Positions 1 to 8,381 of a DNA stretch of 12,555 nucleotides are shown here, piece after piece. How positions within the stretch are numbered: the stretch's first letter is position 1; the number at the start of each line of letters is the position of its first letter. Location of the stretch: assembly GCA_029856365.1 (NCBI GenBank), contig JAHQWW010000111.1, forward strand, positions 1-12,555, read 5' to 3'. Both the position numbers and the translations under genes were made by a program. Under the pieces are notes generated by a model, which was not told where the DNA came from, ran no database searches, and saw only the letters and a program-made list of their open reading frames with translations. The DNA is from Candidatus Hodarchaeota archaeon. Lineage in GTDB: Archaea; Asgardarchaeota; Heimdallarchaeia; Hodarchaeales; Hodarchaeaceae.

Positions 1-18
1 TCAAAGTATGAAACAGGA

Positions 19-1068
19 ATGCGTGTAATTGTTAGTGGTATCAGTGGTTCTGGTAGATCTGATGCAGTTGCAGATCTGAAGAATTATCTTCAAGAAAACT
101 ATCCCAAGAAAAAATTAGTGGTAATGAACACCAATCGAATGATGTGGAAAACAGCACAGGAATTGAGGATGGATTTGAAACGTGAGAAAATGCTAGATTT
201 GTCCCCTCCCACTTTACATGCGCTAAGATCAACTGTTTTCGAACGTATTATTCGTGAAGTAGAAGAACACGAAAAAGAGCACGATAACATAGCTATAATC
301 ATCAATACCCATGCTACTTTCAGATGGAGACAACATCTTTTAGCTGGGTGGGATTTTTTTTATCTAACCAAATTGAAACCGGATCTTTTTCTCACAATTA
401 TTAATGTAATCAATGATATTTATGAAACACTTGAAGCGAATCCACTTTGGAAAGGGATGAACAATCGCCTCCAATTGGGAATATGGCAAGAGGAAGAGGC
501 TTTTACAACGAAACTAATGGCTGAAATTCTGAAAAAACCTTTTTATATTGTTGCACGCCGGCAGCCCCCCGAGACTCTTTATAAACTCATCTTTAAGTAT
601 GAGGTGAGCGAAAAGGTATATTTGTCTTACCCTATGACTCATATCCGAGATAAAGGTAAAAAAAAAGAGATTGAAAATCTTGCTCAAGAGCTCAGAAACT
701 TAGGTTTTGTTGTATTCGATCCAGGAACCATGGAGCTCGAAAAAGTCCATAATGATATTCCCGAAGAAATTAGGTTTTACGATTTCTATCAAACGGTCTA
801 TCGTGACTTCCAACTCATTGATCAAGGAACGATGGTGATCATTTTCTATCCTGAAATTGTTCATTCATCAGGGGTTGTAAATGAACAGGCTTACGGTTTT
901 CGAAGTAATAAATATGTCTTTGCAGTTTTTCCTGCGGAAAACCACAGCCCTTTCACGAGTTTTTTCGCTGATAAAACGTTTATGTCAGTTGAAGATCTAA
1001 TTAAATTCCTCAAAGAAGAGTTCGTCCCATCTCGTAAATTACAGCAATATTATCATGATATAGAATAA
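19..1068 (+). CDS. Fusion of an archaeal adenylate-kinase-like (NMP kinase) P-loop domain and a C-terminal nucleoside 2-deoxyribosyltransferase/N-glycosidase-like domain
   Basis: 349 aa ORF. N-terminus RVIVSGISGSGRS is a beta strand plus Walker A-like loop, and IIINTHA resembles the 'DTH' strand of archaeal AdkA-type kinases. From about aa 199: KVYLSYPMT, GFVVFDP, RDFQLIDQGTMVIIF and SSGVVNEQAYG..NKYVF, matching the NDT/Rcl-DNPH1 fold pattern (YLxxP ... D ... SxGxxxE). The frame is open to the left edge, but MRVIV is a typical start. Confidence 0.75.
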   Translation: MRVIVSGISGSGRSDAVADLKNYLQENYPKKKLVVMNTNRMMWKTAQELRMDLKREKMLDLSPPTLHALRSTVFERIIREVEEHEKEHDNIAIIINTHATFRWRQHLLAGWDFFYLTKLKPDLFLTIINVINDIYETLEANPLWKGMNNRLQLGIWQEEEAFTTKLMAEILKKPFYIVARRQPPETLYKLIFKYEVSEKVYLSYPMTHIRDKGKKKEIENLAQELRNLGFVVFDPGTMELEKVHNDIPEEIRFYDFYQTVYRDFQLIDQGTMVIIFYPEIVHSSGVVNEQAYGFRSNKYVFAVFPAENHSPFTSFFADKTFMSVEDLIKFLKEEFVPSRKLQQYYHDIE

Positions 1069-1187
1069 TATTATGAAACCCTAAAAGCCCATCCTCTTTC
1101 GAGGAAAATGAATTAGCGTAAACTTCACTTAGATTCTGGCAAGAAGAAGATACTTTTACGACTATGCTGATGAAAAAGAAGATATAA
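1069..1187 (+). pseudogene. Decayed fragment of a diverged homolog of the upstream kinase-like domain
   Basis: 1072-1113 reads YETLKAHPLSRKMN versus YETLEANPLWKGMN (421-462). After a TAG (1114-1116) and a frameshift, 1137-1172 reads WQEEDTFTTMLM versus WQEEEAFTTKLM (484-519). Confidence 0.8.
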
Positions 1188-1730
1188 GGAGAGAAGAATC
1201 TCTTTTTGAGGAAAATGTTGTTCATTGATTCCAAATTCAACATAATTATTTTATTGAAAAGAAACAAACCTATTGGAGCTGATTGAAAATATCCAGCGTT
1301 CTCTTAATGAGTTTTTCTAGTGGAGGAATTAATGGAGAAATAGCTGATATGGACATGGACTTTGATAAAACCCCTGGATTATCTTTTAAGAATCTAAACT
1401 TTATATTTGGAAGGAAGTAGGGATCAGCCTTGGCTGTTAAATATTGAACATCAGTATAGGACAAATCCAGTAAGAATTCTCTTCTTGAAAGGTTTAAAAG
1501 AAATATTAATTGAAAAATCGTGTCAGAAATTCTTATTAATGTTATTTTATCAAATTTATTTGGTGGAAGGAAACCTGGAGACACTTTTAGACAATTTTGA
1601 ACCATTTTCAGACAAGTGCACAATCCTACTGGCTCTAAATTAGGTATTATCTTAATAGAGTTCTGCAAACCTTGCTGAAATAAAGCCAGGGGACCCCATG
1701 AAACTGACAAATTACTCAGGCCATTATTGA
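1188..1730 (+). pseudogene. Probable decayed coding sequence of unknown family
   Basis: Protein-like stretches switch frames on the + strand (NLLELIENIQRSLNEFF, GGINGEIADMDMDFDKTPG, ORF 1407-1643, SANLAEIKPGDPMKLTNY) and are interrupted by stops. No recognisable motif. Confidence 0.3.
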
Positions 1731-1735
1731 TGATC

Positions 1736-2236
1736 CTATTGAGAATTTCTGAATTTTTTTCTCCAAAGTGGGAAAACGCTGATTAAGGCTACGATAGCTG
1801 GAAAAAGACTCCATGGGGAAATACTAGAAGATGAAGAAGATATTTCAGTAGATTTTTCAGTAGTTTCTGGAATTTTCACAGTAATCATTAATGAATCACA
1901 CGAGGATTGACCGCCTGAATTTTTTGCTTTTATAGTAATATTGTAAGATCCTTCTGCTAAATCAATGTTAAAGGAGTTAAAGGGTTTTATCGAATCGTTC
2001 TCTTTAATAGATTCATTTACAAGAAGAGACACATGCGCTGTGTTGGAGCTTACTTTGTAATCGATTGTCACAAGGCCAAGAAACTCAGTGGTAGTTGTTA
2101 TTTCGATTCGTGGAACATAACTAAGTCCAGTGTCAACATTGTCAAACAGAACCCACTCGATCAGTACAGGGATAAAGAGTTCGTTATCATGAACAAAATG
2201 TGTGACAAATGAATAATCTGAAAAAGATTGAAAAAT
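1736..2236 (-). pseudogene. 5'-truncated cell-surface protein (Ig-like domain, Ser/Thr linker, C-terminal sorting/anchor signal)
   Basis: The frame of ORF 1736-2071 stays open 55 codons upstream of the GTG (..DYSFVTHFVHDNELFIPVLIEWVLFDNVDTGLSYVPRIEITTTTEFLGL..) to a TAA at 2237-2239, with no ATG/GTG/TTG and no signal peptide. It has an Ig-like pattern (IDLAEGSYNITIKAKNSGG) and the C-terminus SSSSSSISPWSLFPAIVALISVFPLWRKKFR. Confidence 0.65.
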
Positions 2237-2243
2237 TTAAAAA
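2230..2243 (+). promoter_or_regulatory. Putative archaeal BRE/TATA promoter of the EEP gene
   Basis: GAAAAA followed by TTTAAAAA, ending 33 nt before the ATG at 2277. The spacing fits a short-leader archaeal transcript. Confidence 0.4.
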
Positions 2244-2276
2244 TAAATTCAATATAATATAACTTCGGTAATAAGT

Positions 2277-3998
2277 ATGAGAAAGATTATTTCAAAGCCT
2301 TTATATAATCGTCTTATAATCCTTCTGTGTATTGGGTCACTGATAGGTGTTTGCTTTAAAGTAATTAGCACAAATACCATACATGATCTAACTATTATAA
2401 ACTCAGAAATTCATACAAAAAAAACGATCACTTTGGAAGAAGATGTTCCACTAGTAATTAAAATTTTAGCATACAACATTCAAGATAGTGGTCGTAGTCC
2501 AAAATTTCTTGATGTACTAAAAGAAGAAAACGCAGACATCATTATGCTGGATGAAACACCTAAATTTGGGGAATCAAATTACTATCAACTCAAACAAGTG
2601 GTAAGTGATTTGAATAACTACTTTATTGATGATGATCCTTATGTTGGTAAAACTTTTCTGTGGTGTGACGAGACAATTATTAGTCGTTTTCCAATAGTTG
2701 ATGTTAAATTAGTAAAACCTCTTATTTTAGATAATGGCGAAGAATATGAATTTTATAGAGATCCCCTCCATGCAGTAGTTAAGGTTAGGGAAACAGAGAT
2801 TCATTTGATTGGAGTACACTTCAAATGTTGTGGAGATGTAACGGAACCAGGAGAGAGTAGAGAAGCAATAATGAGAGAAAATACTATGGAAGCAATCATA
2901 AATTACATTGACGATTTGGGTAATGTTCCAGTAATCTATCTTGGGGATTTTAATTGTTATAGCCCTTTTGACACAGAGGAACTAGCTCCCAACGTAGCAA
3001 ATCTTGGAGACAGACCTATTGAAATGTTACTTAATGAATCAGATCCCAATGCTTCAGAGGTTCATTTGTGGATCGATAGTTTCAGGGAATTGAATCCATA
3101 CGATCCAGGATATAGCTATATCGACGAGATATATCAGAGTAGAATAGATTATATTTTTGTTAACCAATTTTTTGAAGATAATTTAGTTAATGCAACAGTA
3201 GGAGACACAGCATCTGCTGAAGAAGGTTCTGATCATTATTCTGTTGATCTTTGGTTAAATATGGATCCTACAGTTATTGATCTTCGATTTCCTTTACAGG
3301 TTACTGGATTAAATGGTTCTACTATAAGTCCAACAGGAGTAAACATAACGTGGACTCCCAATGATGAGGAAAACATTTCACACTATTTCGTGTATCGTGA
3401 TAAACTTAGAATAGCGAATGTTACCGAAAATTATTATACTGACAACACATTAACAGCAGGTCAAAATTATAGGTTTGCTGTGGCAGCAATAGACACAAAT
3501 AAGCATAAAGGATTAAATTCAAGACATATATTCGTTAATACAAGCTATGGAGTCGTCACAACGACTGTTTCGCCTGAACTAGAAGGAAATGCAGGAGATC
3601 AAGAAGCAACTTTAACATGGGAGATGCCAAATTATATTTTACCACCAATCCTTGAATTTCTCATTTATGAAGAAATTCAAAACGCTTCTGGAACAAGTTT
3701 TTCATTAATAACAAAATTATCAAGTGATAACCGTAGCTATACTCTGAAAAACCTTGTCAAGGGTCAAGCATATTCATTTAGGATTGTAGCAGTGAGTGAG
3801 TTAGGAGAGAGTGCAATGTCCAATAGAGTTACGCTAGAACCTACGGGTCCTGAGACATCTACTAGTTCTACAACAACAACAACCACACAGATCACAACGA
3901 AGTCTACAGATGGAGAAGCTATTGGATTCGATTTTATTATTGGAATCATCACGGTATCAGCTATGGTGGTAGGTTTTACTCTCCGAAAGAAACAATAG
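2277..3998 (+). CDS. Secreted, membrane-anchored endonuclease/exonuclease/phosphatase (EEP) family protein with two fibronectin type III domains
   Basis: 573 aa. Basic plus hydrophobic N-terminal signal. EEP motifs LAYNIQ, ADIIMLDE, ISRFPI, VHFKCC, YLGDFN, WIDSFR, SRIDYIF and GSDH. Two FN3 patterns (ITWTP..YFVYRD..LTAGQNYRFAVAA; LTWE..LVKGQAYSFRIVAVSELG). Thr-rich linker, then AIGFDFIIGIITVSAMVVGFTLRKKQ. Confidence 0.9.
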   Translation: MRKIISKPLYNRLIILLCIGSLIGVCFKVISTNTIHDLTIINSEIHTKKTITLEEDVPLVIKILAYNIQDSGRSPKFLDVLKEENADIIMLDETPKFGESNYYQLKQVVSDLNNYFIDDDPYVGKTFLWCDETIISRFPIVDVKLVKPLILDNGEEYEFYRDPLHAVVKVRETEIHLIGVHFKCCGDVTEPGESREAIMRENTMEAIINYIDDLGNVPVIYLGDFNCYSPFDTEELAPNVANLGDRPIEMLLNESDPNASEVHLWIDSFRELNPYDPGYSYIDEIYQSRIDYIFVNQFFEDNLVNATVGDTASAEEGSDHYSVDLWLNMDPTVIDLRFPLQVTGLNGSTISPTGVNITWTPNDEENISHYFVYRDKLRIANVTENYYTDNTLTAGQNYRFAVAAIDTNKHKGLNSRHIFVNTSYGVVTTTVSPELEGNAGDQEATLTWEMPNYILPPILEFLIYEEIQNASGTSFSLITKLSSDNRSYTLKNLVKGQAYSFRIVAVSELGESAMSNRVTLEPTGPETSTSSTTTTTTQITTKSTDGEAIGFDFIIGIITVSAMVVGFTLRKKQ

Positions 3999-4009
3999 CA
4001 ATCATTCTG

Positions 4010-4016
4010 TTTTTTT
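4010..4016 (+). terminator. Putative oligo-T archaeal terminator
   Basis: T7 run starting 12 nt after the EEP stop codon. Confidence 0.45.
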
Positions 4017-4352
4017 CTACTCTACTCACTTCTGATCTCATTATTTTCGAAGTAGAGGGTTAAATGATCTGTGAGTTACTTCTAATCATCTTACAAATTT
4101 TTTATTCTCTCTCTCTTATGCTTCTTTTGACTTTACGCAATCCATTAATGCAAATAATAAGTCTGTAGTCGTGGTAGAACTAATAGTATAGTTTCATAAC
4201 ACTACATCTATTCTTTACCAAAATTAGTGGTATAAACCTAGGTAAGAAAAACTGAGTTTTCAAAGGTATTGAGAGGGAGTGACAAAGACATTACTTCATT
4301 AAATTAATCCGTATTTTTGTAAATTTTGATTTGCAATTATTTTCCCTGCTTT

Positions 4353-5432
4353 TTAATATGCAGTAGGTCCGAATGCAAGGACATGCTCTGGTTTAACTCT
4401 TAAATAAACATTCTGCCTGACTTTAATGGGTACTTCTGTTTCTGTACGATAAACTACAACATCGGAACCATCTGTCAATCTGACGGTCAACCGCTCAAAT
4501 GTTCCATGATACATAATCGCTCGGACACGGCCAGGGAGTTGATTTGCATTTGGATCTTCTGTAATATCCACCTCAAATTTATCTGGTCTTAAAACCACGC
4601 GAGCTTTCTTTCCTATTTCCAGTTCTTTTATGAAAGTTGTCTTCAGAATTCTATTTGTTTTTACAATTTCTAGTAACCCTGTCCCATCTTGAGTTGATTT
4701 CACAGAAAATTCAAGTAAATTTGCCTCACCAATGAAAGTTCCCACAAAAGCATTTTCTGGGTGCTCCCAAATCTCTCTCGGTTTTCCCGTCTGGCGGATA
4801 CGCCCTTGATCCATAATAACGATATAATCAGAAATACTTAAAGCCTCTTCTTGATCGTGAGTGACATAAATAGCCGTTAAATCTAGTTCTTTAACTAAAT
4901 CTCGAATATCACGGCGAGTTTCTATGCGTAACTTGGCATCAAGATTAGATAATGGTTCGTCCATCAATAATACGTCAGGGTTAACTACAAGACAACGTGC
5001 CACGGCTACTCTTTGTTGTTGGCCACCAGATAGTTTGAGAGGCATTCTGTCCATGAACTTTTCCATCTGTACCATTTTCAATGAATCGAAAGCACGTCGA
5101 TGTTGTTCTTCTCTTCCAACCTTTCGTAATTTTAAGCCATAGGTTACATTATCTTTAACTGACATATGGGGCCATAATGCATAATTTTGAAATACCATTG
5201 CTGCGTTTCTTTTTTGTGGTGGCATATTTGTTATGTCTTTTTCCCCAAAATAGATTTTTCCACTATCAGGAAAATAGAATCCAGCTATTGTACGCAAAGT
5301 AGTCGATTTCCCACAACCAGAAGGGCCTAGGAGAGTCAAAATTTCTCCTTCACGTACTTTGAATGAAACATTATCAACAGCTACTACTTCCTCAAATTTC
5401 TTTGTTACATTCTTTAAAATAACTTCAACCAT
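4353..5432 (-). CDS. ABC transporter ATP-binding protein (FbpC/AfuC/PotA-like) with C-terminal TOBE domain
   Basis: Walker A GPSGCGKST, Q-loop VFQNYALWPH, signature LSGGQQQR, Walker B LLMDEP, H-switch YVTHDQ. SD-like GAGGA upstream. Confidence 0.96.
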   Translation of the reverse strand: MVEVILKNVTKKFEEVVAVDNVSFKVREGEILTLLGPSGCGKSTTLRTIAGFYFPDSGKIYFGEKDITNMPPQKRNAAMVFQNYALWPHMSVKDNVTYGLKLRKVGREEQHRRAFDSLKMVQMEKFMDRMPLKLSGGQQQRVAVARCLVVNPDVLLMDEPLSNLDAKLRIETRRDIRDLVKELDLTAIYVTHDQEEALSISDYIVIMDQGRIRQTGKPREIWEHPENAFVGTFIGEANLLEFSVKSTQDGTGLLEIVKTNRILKTTFIKELEIGKKARVVLRPDKFEVDITEDPNANQLPGRVRAIMYHGTFERLTVRLTDGSDVVVYRTETEVPIKVRQNVYLRVKPEHVLAFGPTAY

Positions 5433-5537
5433 TTGTCAATTCCTCTGTTGTCTGTATATTGATTTTTCATTCGATTCTAGGAATTCAAGTAATAACAATG
5501 TAATATTTGTATTCTATCAAATGGGCATCCTGTGAAT

Positions 5538-8342
5538 TTAAATGCCTGTTAGTGCGCTTCCACGGCGCTTTAATATTGAATTAGCAATGGATATAATGAT
5601 AACTTGTAAAAGAATTAATAAGACACCTAGAGCAGCTGCTTCGTTCACACCTAGGATTCCTTCGTGAGGTAGTGGATCGCTGTTTTTCTCATTGATCATC
5701 CAAGGGATAGTTGCTTGTGCTTCGCTACCCAACAATATCAATGAAGTACTGACTTCACCTAAAGCATATACAAATGAAATCATAGCACCAGCAATTACAC
5801 TGATAGCAATTAGTGGGATCGTGATTCTTAAAATTGTGTGAAGATTTGAGGCCCCTAGATTTGTTGATGCTTCTTCAAAAGTAACATGTGTCTGTTGAAG
5901 ACCGGCGTAAGCTGCTCTAACAGTAAACGGAAATCTACGCACTGTAAAACTAGCTATCAATAGAAAGTGAACAAGGTAAAATCCAGGTATTATTTCCTCT
6001 ACTTGATACTCTCTACCTAATAACCCCACTAATGCGGGGATATAATAAATAAAAAGTCCAAATCCAACAATTATTCCAGGAATTGCAATAGGAGAAGTTA
6101 CAAGAGTGTCAAAAGCGAATTTTCCTGGGAATTCTTTTCTAGCTAAGATGTAAGCTGCAGCAACACCTAGAAGGATGATGAGAATCATTGCAATAAAAGC
6201 ATACATCGACGTTCTAGAGATGATGTTGCTAAATCCTCCAACCTCTTTGATAGCGGCTAGAAATTCGAGATTAGTAATTTCTCCAATTTGCCCAACGATT
6301 TCTGTTGTCAAATTTCCAATACCAAGGTTTAATCCATCTTTAATTGGCTCTAATGGTGGAATAAAAATTCGAGAAATTTCCGACAAAATGATAGAAATAA
6401 CTACTGGAAGTAAAAAGGCAATGATTAGAAAACTATATGCAGTCTTAGGATTAACATTAGGATCTGGTAGCTTAACATAATTTTTTAATAATCTGTATAA
6501 AAAGTAAAGAATTAACCATCCTAATATCCAAAGTGTCGGGATACTGATAACACGAATTAAATCACCAATATCTGGACTCAAAAGCTTGAATGAAATTGAT
6601 GTTGGAAAAAGGTGTTTAGAGTTTGTAACATCCCATGTGAAATTATCCGAAACTGAAAGAAAAAATGATCCTATATGAGGTAACAAAGCAAATGACATTA
6701 GTAGAACAACGGAAACCATTATTAATAGAGTGGGGATAATAGAAATTTTTCGGGTTCTTGGATTGAAAACGCCTCCTTTGCTAACCATTGCATATTCACG
6801 TATCCCGACATATTTGCGAATGAAAGCAAACCCTGTCATGGCAATTACAAAGAGGATCACAGCCAGAGCTAATCCATCACCTTGTAATGTTCCCAGTTGA
6901 TCTTGCCATAAGGTAAATACCTTGGTTGTTAATAAATTTTGGATTTCTACATCACCAGAGAAAATTAATGGTGTACCTAGATCTTCTACACTTAAAATAA
7001 AAGTCAAAATCGATCCAGCTGCAATACCAGGAAGAGCAAGTGGAAAAGTTATCGACCTGAAGAGTTTTGAGCCAGAAGCACCGAGATTTTCGCTGCTTTC
7101 CTCTAAAGTGGGATCAATGTTTTGGAATGCAGAAAGACTGTTTAAGTAAATTAAGGTATAGAAATGGACTGATTGGACAAGAATTACTGCAGTAAGACCT
7201 TTCAAGATGATAGGAAACTGTAGTATGGGAATAGCATCATAAAATAATCTATTAAAGAAAGAATAACCCTGTGGATGAGCTAACATACGTTTAATCCCAA
7301 TTGCTCCAACAAATGGAGGTACAACGAGAGGAAAAAGGAGTACTGCTCTAATTAATGACTTCCCGAAGAATTCATAACGTGCAATGACAAAAGCAAAAAA
7401 TATTCCTAATATGGCCGAGATAAATGTAGTTGCAATAGCTACAAATATCGTATTAACCAATACAGAAGCTTCTATACCAGCGAAAATTAAGATGTAACCG
7501 TACTGGGGGTCTGGAACTTTATTGAAGAAGTTGATCCTCCATCCTTCAACAATGAAATCATAATTTGAAAATAAAAATGGAGTCATCAGGATAATACAAG
7601 TGAAGAATAGCCAAAAAAAAGGCTTAAGGAAAGATGAACTTAATAGATCCTTAGAAAATTGTTGTGAATATAGAAATGAGCTAATTATTCCAACAATTAT
7701 AGCTCCAATCATAGAAATGAAAGTTATAAGTTCCAAATCAAATGAGTCATAAATCTGTAGTAACTGGCTTGATGCGGCTAAAAGGATCACAAAGAGAAAC
7801 GTCACAACAGGGATTCCAACTAAAAGGGTCAATGTTGGTTTTAAAGCAGTATTCAGGAAGAAATGATCAAGTTCATGCTTAATACTTTTATTTACAATTA
7901 TTCCTATTCCAAGAAATAATAATGCAAGAATAATTCCAAATATACACTGGGGAACAGAAGTTAGGGCGTCGGAGAATAACAAAACAATAATAATTGTTAC
8001 AATTGTGTAGCAGGACGGTATTAACAAGCTTACGAAATCAAATCCTTTATTCTTAATTGTTCCCACGAGTCTCGACGCAAAAAAAATTACTAAACCAAAA
8101 CTACTGATGAAAATAAAACTTCCAATGTCAAGTTCAAAATATATAGGATTTTTAAAAACATCAACAAAGAATTTGAAAGAAAACTGACCATCAATGATAA
8201 AAGCTGTTATAAGAATTGTAACCACTGGAATTACTAGAAAAAGAATAAAGAACGCCAGAACAGATAAAAGGAGAAAAAGGGAAAGCGGATCAAATTCCGC
8301 TTTAACCATTTTTAGGTATTTTCTTGCCGTGAAACTTGCCAT
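5538..8342 (-). CDS. ABC transporter permease, FbpB/AfuB/ThiP-like (two fused TM modules), with extra membrane insertions
   Basis: 934 aa and highly hydrophobic. Two EAA loops (NIDPTLEESSENLGAS; THVTFEEASTNLGAS), plus LVVPPFVG, FPLALPGI, PIAIPG and IPLIAISV motifs. Lies between the binding-protein and ATPase genes. Confidence 0.93.
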   Translation of the reverse strand: MASFTARKYLKMVKAEFDPLSLFLLLSVLAFFILFLVIPVVTILITAFIIDGQFSFKFFVDVFKNPIYFELDIGSFIFISSFGLVIFFASRLVGTIKNKGFDFVSLLIPSCYTIVTIIIVLLFSDALTSVPQCIFGIILALLFLGIGIIVNKSIKHELDHFFLNTALKPTLTLLVGIPVVTFLFVILLAASSQLLQIYDSFDLELITFISMIGAIIVGIISSFLYSQQFSKDLLSSSFLKPFFWLFFTCIILMTPFLFSNYDFIVEGWRINFFNKVPDPQYGYILIFAGIEASVLVNTIFVAIATTFISAILGIFFAFVIARYEFFGKSLIRAVLLFPLVVPPFVGAIGIKRMLAHPQGYSFFNRLFYDAIPILQFPIILKGLTAVILVQSVHFYTLIYLNSLSAFQNIDPTLEESSENLGASGSKLFRSITFPLALPGIAAGSILTFILSVEDLGTPLIFSGDVEIQNLLTTKVFTLWQDQLGTLQGDGLALAVILFVIAMTGFAFIRKYVGIREYAMVSKGGVFNPRTRKISIIPTLLIMVSVVLLMSFALLPHIGSFFLSVSDNFTWDVTNSKHLFPTSISFKLLSPDIGDLIRVISIPTLWILGWLILYFLYRLLKNYVKLPDPNVNPKTAYSFLIIAFLLPVVISIILSEISRIFIPPLEPIKDGLNLGIGNLTTEIVGQIGEITNLEFLAAIKEVGGFSNIISRTSMYAFIAMILIILLGVAAAYILARKEFPGKFAFDTLVTSPIAIPGIIVGFGLFIYYIPALVGLLGREYQVEEIIPGFYLVHFLLIASFTVRRFPFTVRAAYAGLQQTHVTFEEASTNLGASNLHTILRITIPLIAISVIAGAMISFVYALGEVSTSLILLGSEAQATIPWMINEKNSDPLPHEGILGVNEAAALGVLLILLQVIIISIANSILKRRGSALTGI

Positions 8343-8381
8343 AGAGTCCGATACTCCATAAAGCTCAGTTATAATAGCGTA

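Noticed and set aside
41-305. Short minus-strand ORFs 41-232 and 99-305 (also 1010-1267)
   Set aside because: Antisense shadows of the kinase-NDT gene and its remnant.
1066-1116. Programmed stop-codon readthrough or recoding extending the first gene
   Set aside because: It would need TAA readthrough, TAG readthrough and a frameshift. Decay is the simpler explanation.
1069-1187. Diversity-generating retroelement template/variable repeat pair with 421-519
   Set aside because: The mismatches are not adenine-specific (gcg/gcc, tgg/tcg, aac/aat), there is an indel, and no reverse transcriptase is present in the window.
1270-1710. 146-aa minus-strand ORF as a real gene
   Set aside because: TTG start, no recognisable motif, and Leu/Phe/Ile/Ser-rich composition expected from the antisense of a purine-rich strand. 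Not fully excluded.
3999-4352. Hidden ncRNA, MITE or gene remnant in the 354-bp convergent intergenic region
   Set aside because: Only a short CTCTACT/AGTAGAG inverted repeat and a brief CT run were seen. No terminal inverted repeats, tRNA fold or convincing ORF.
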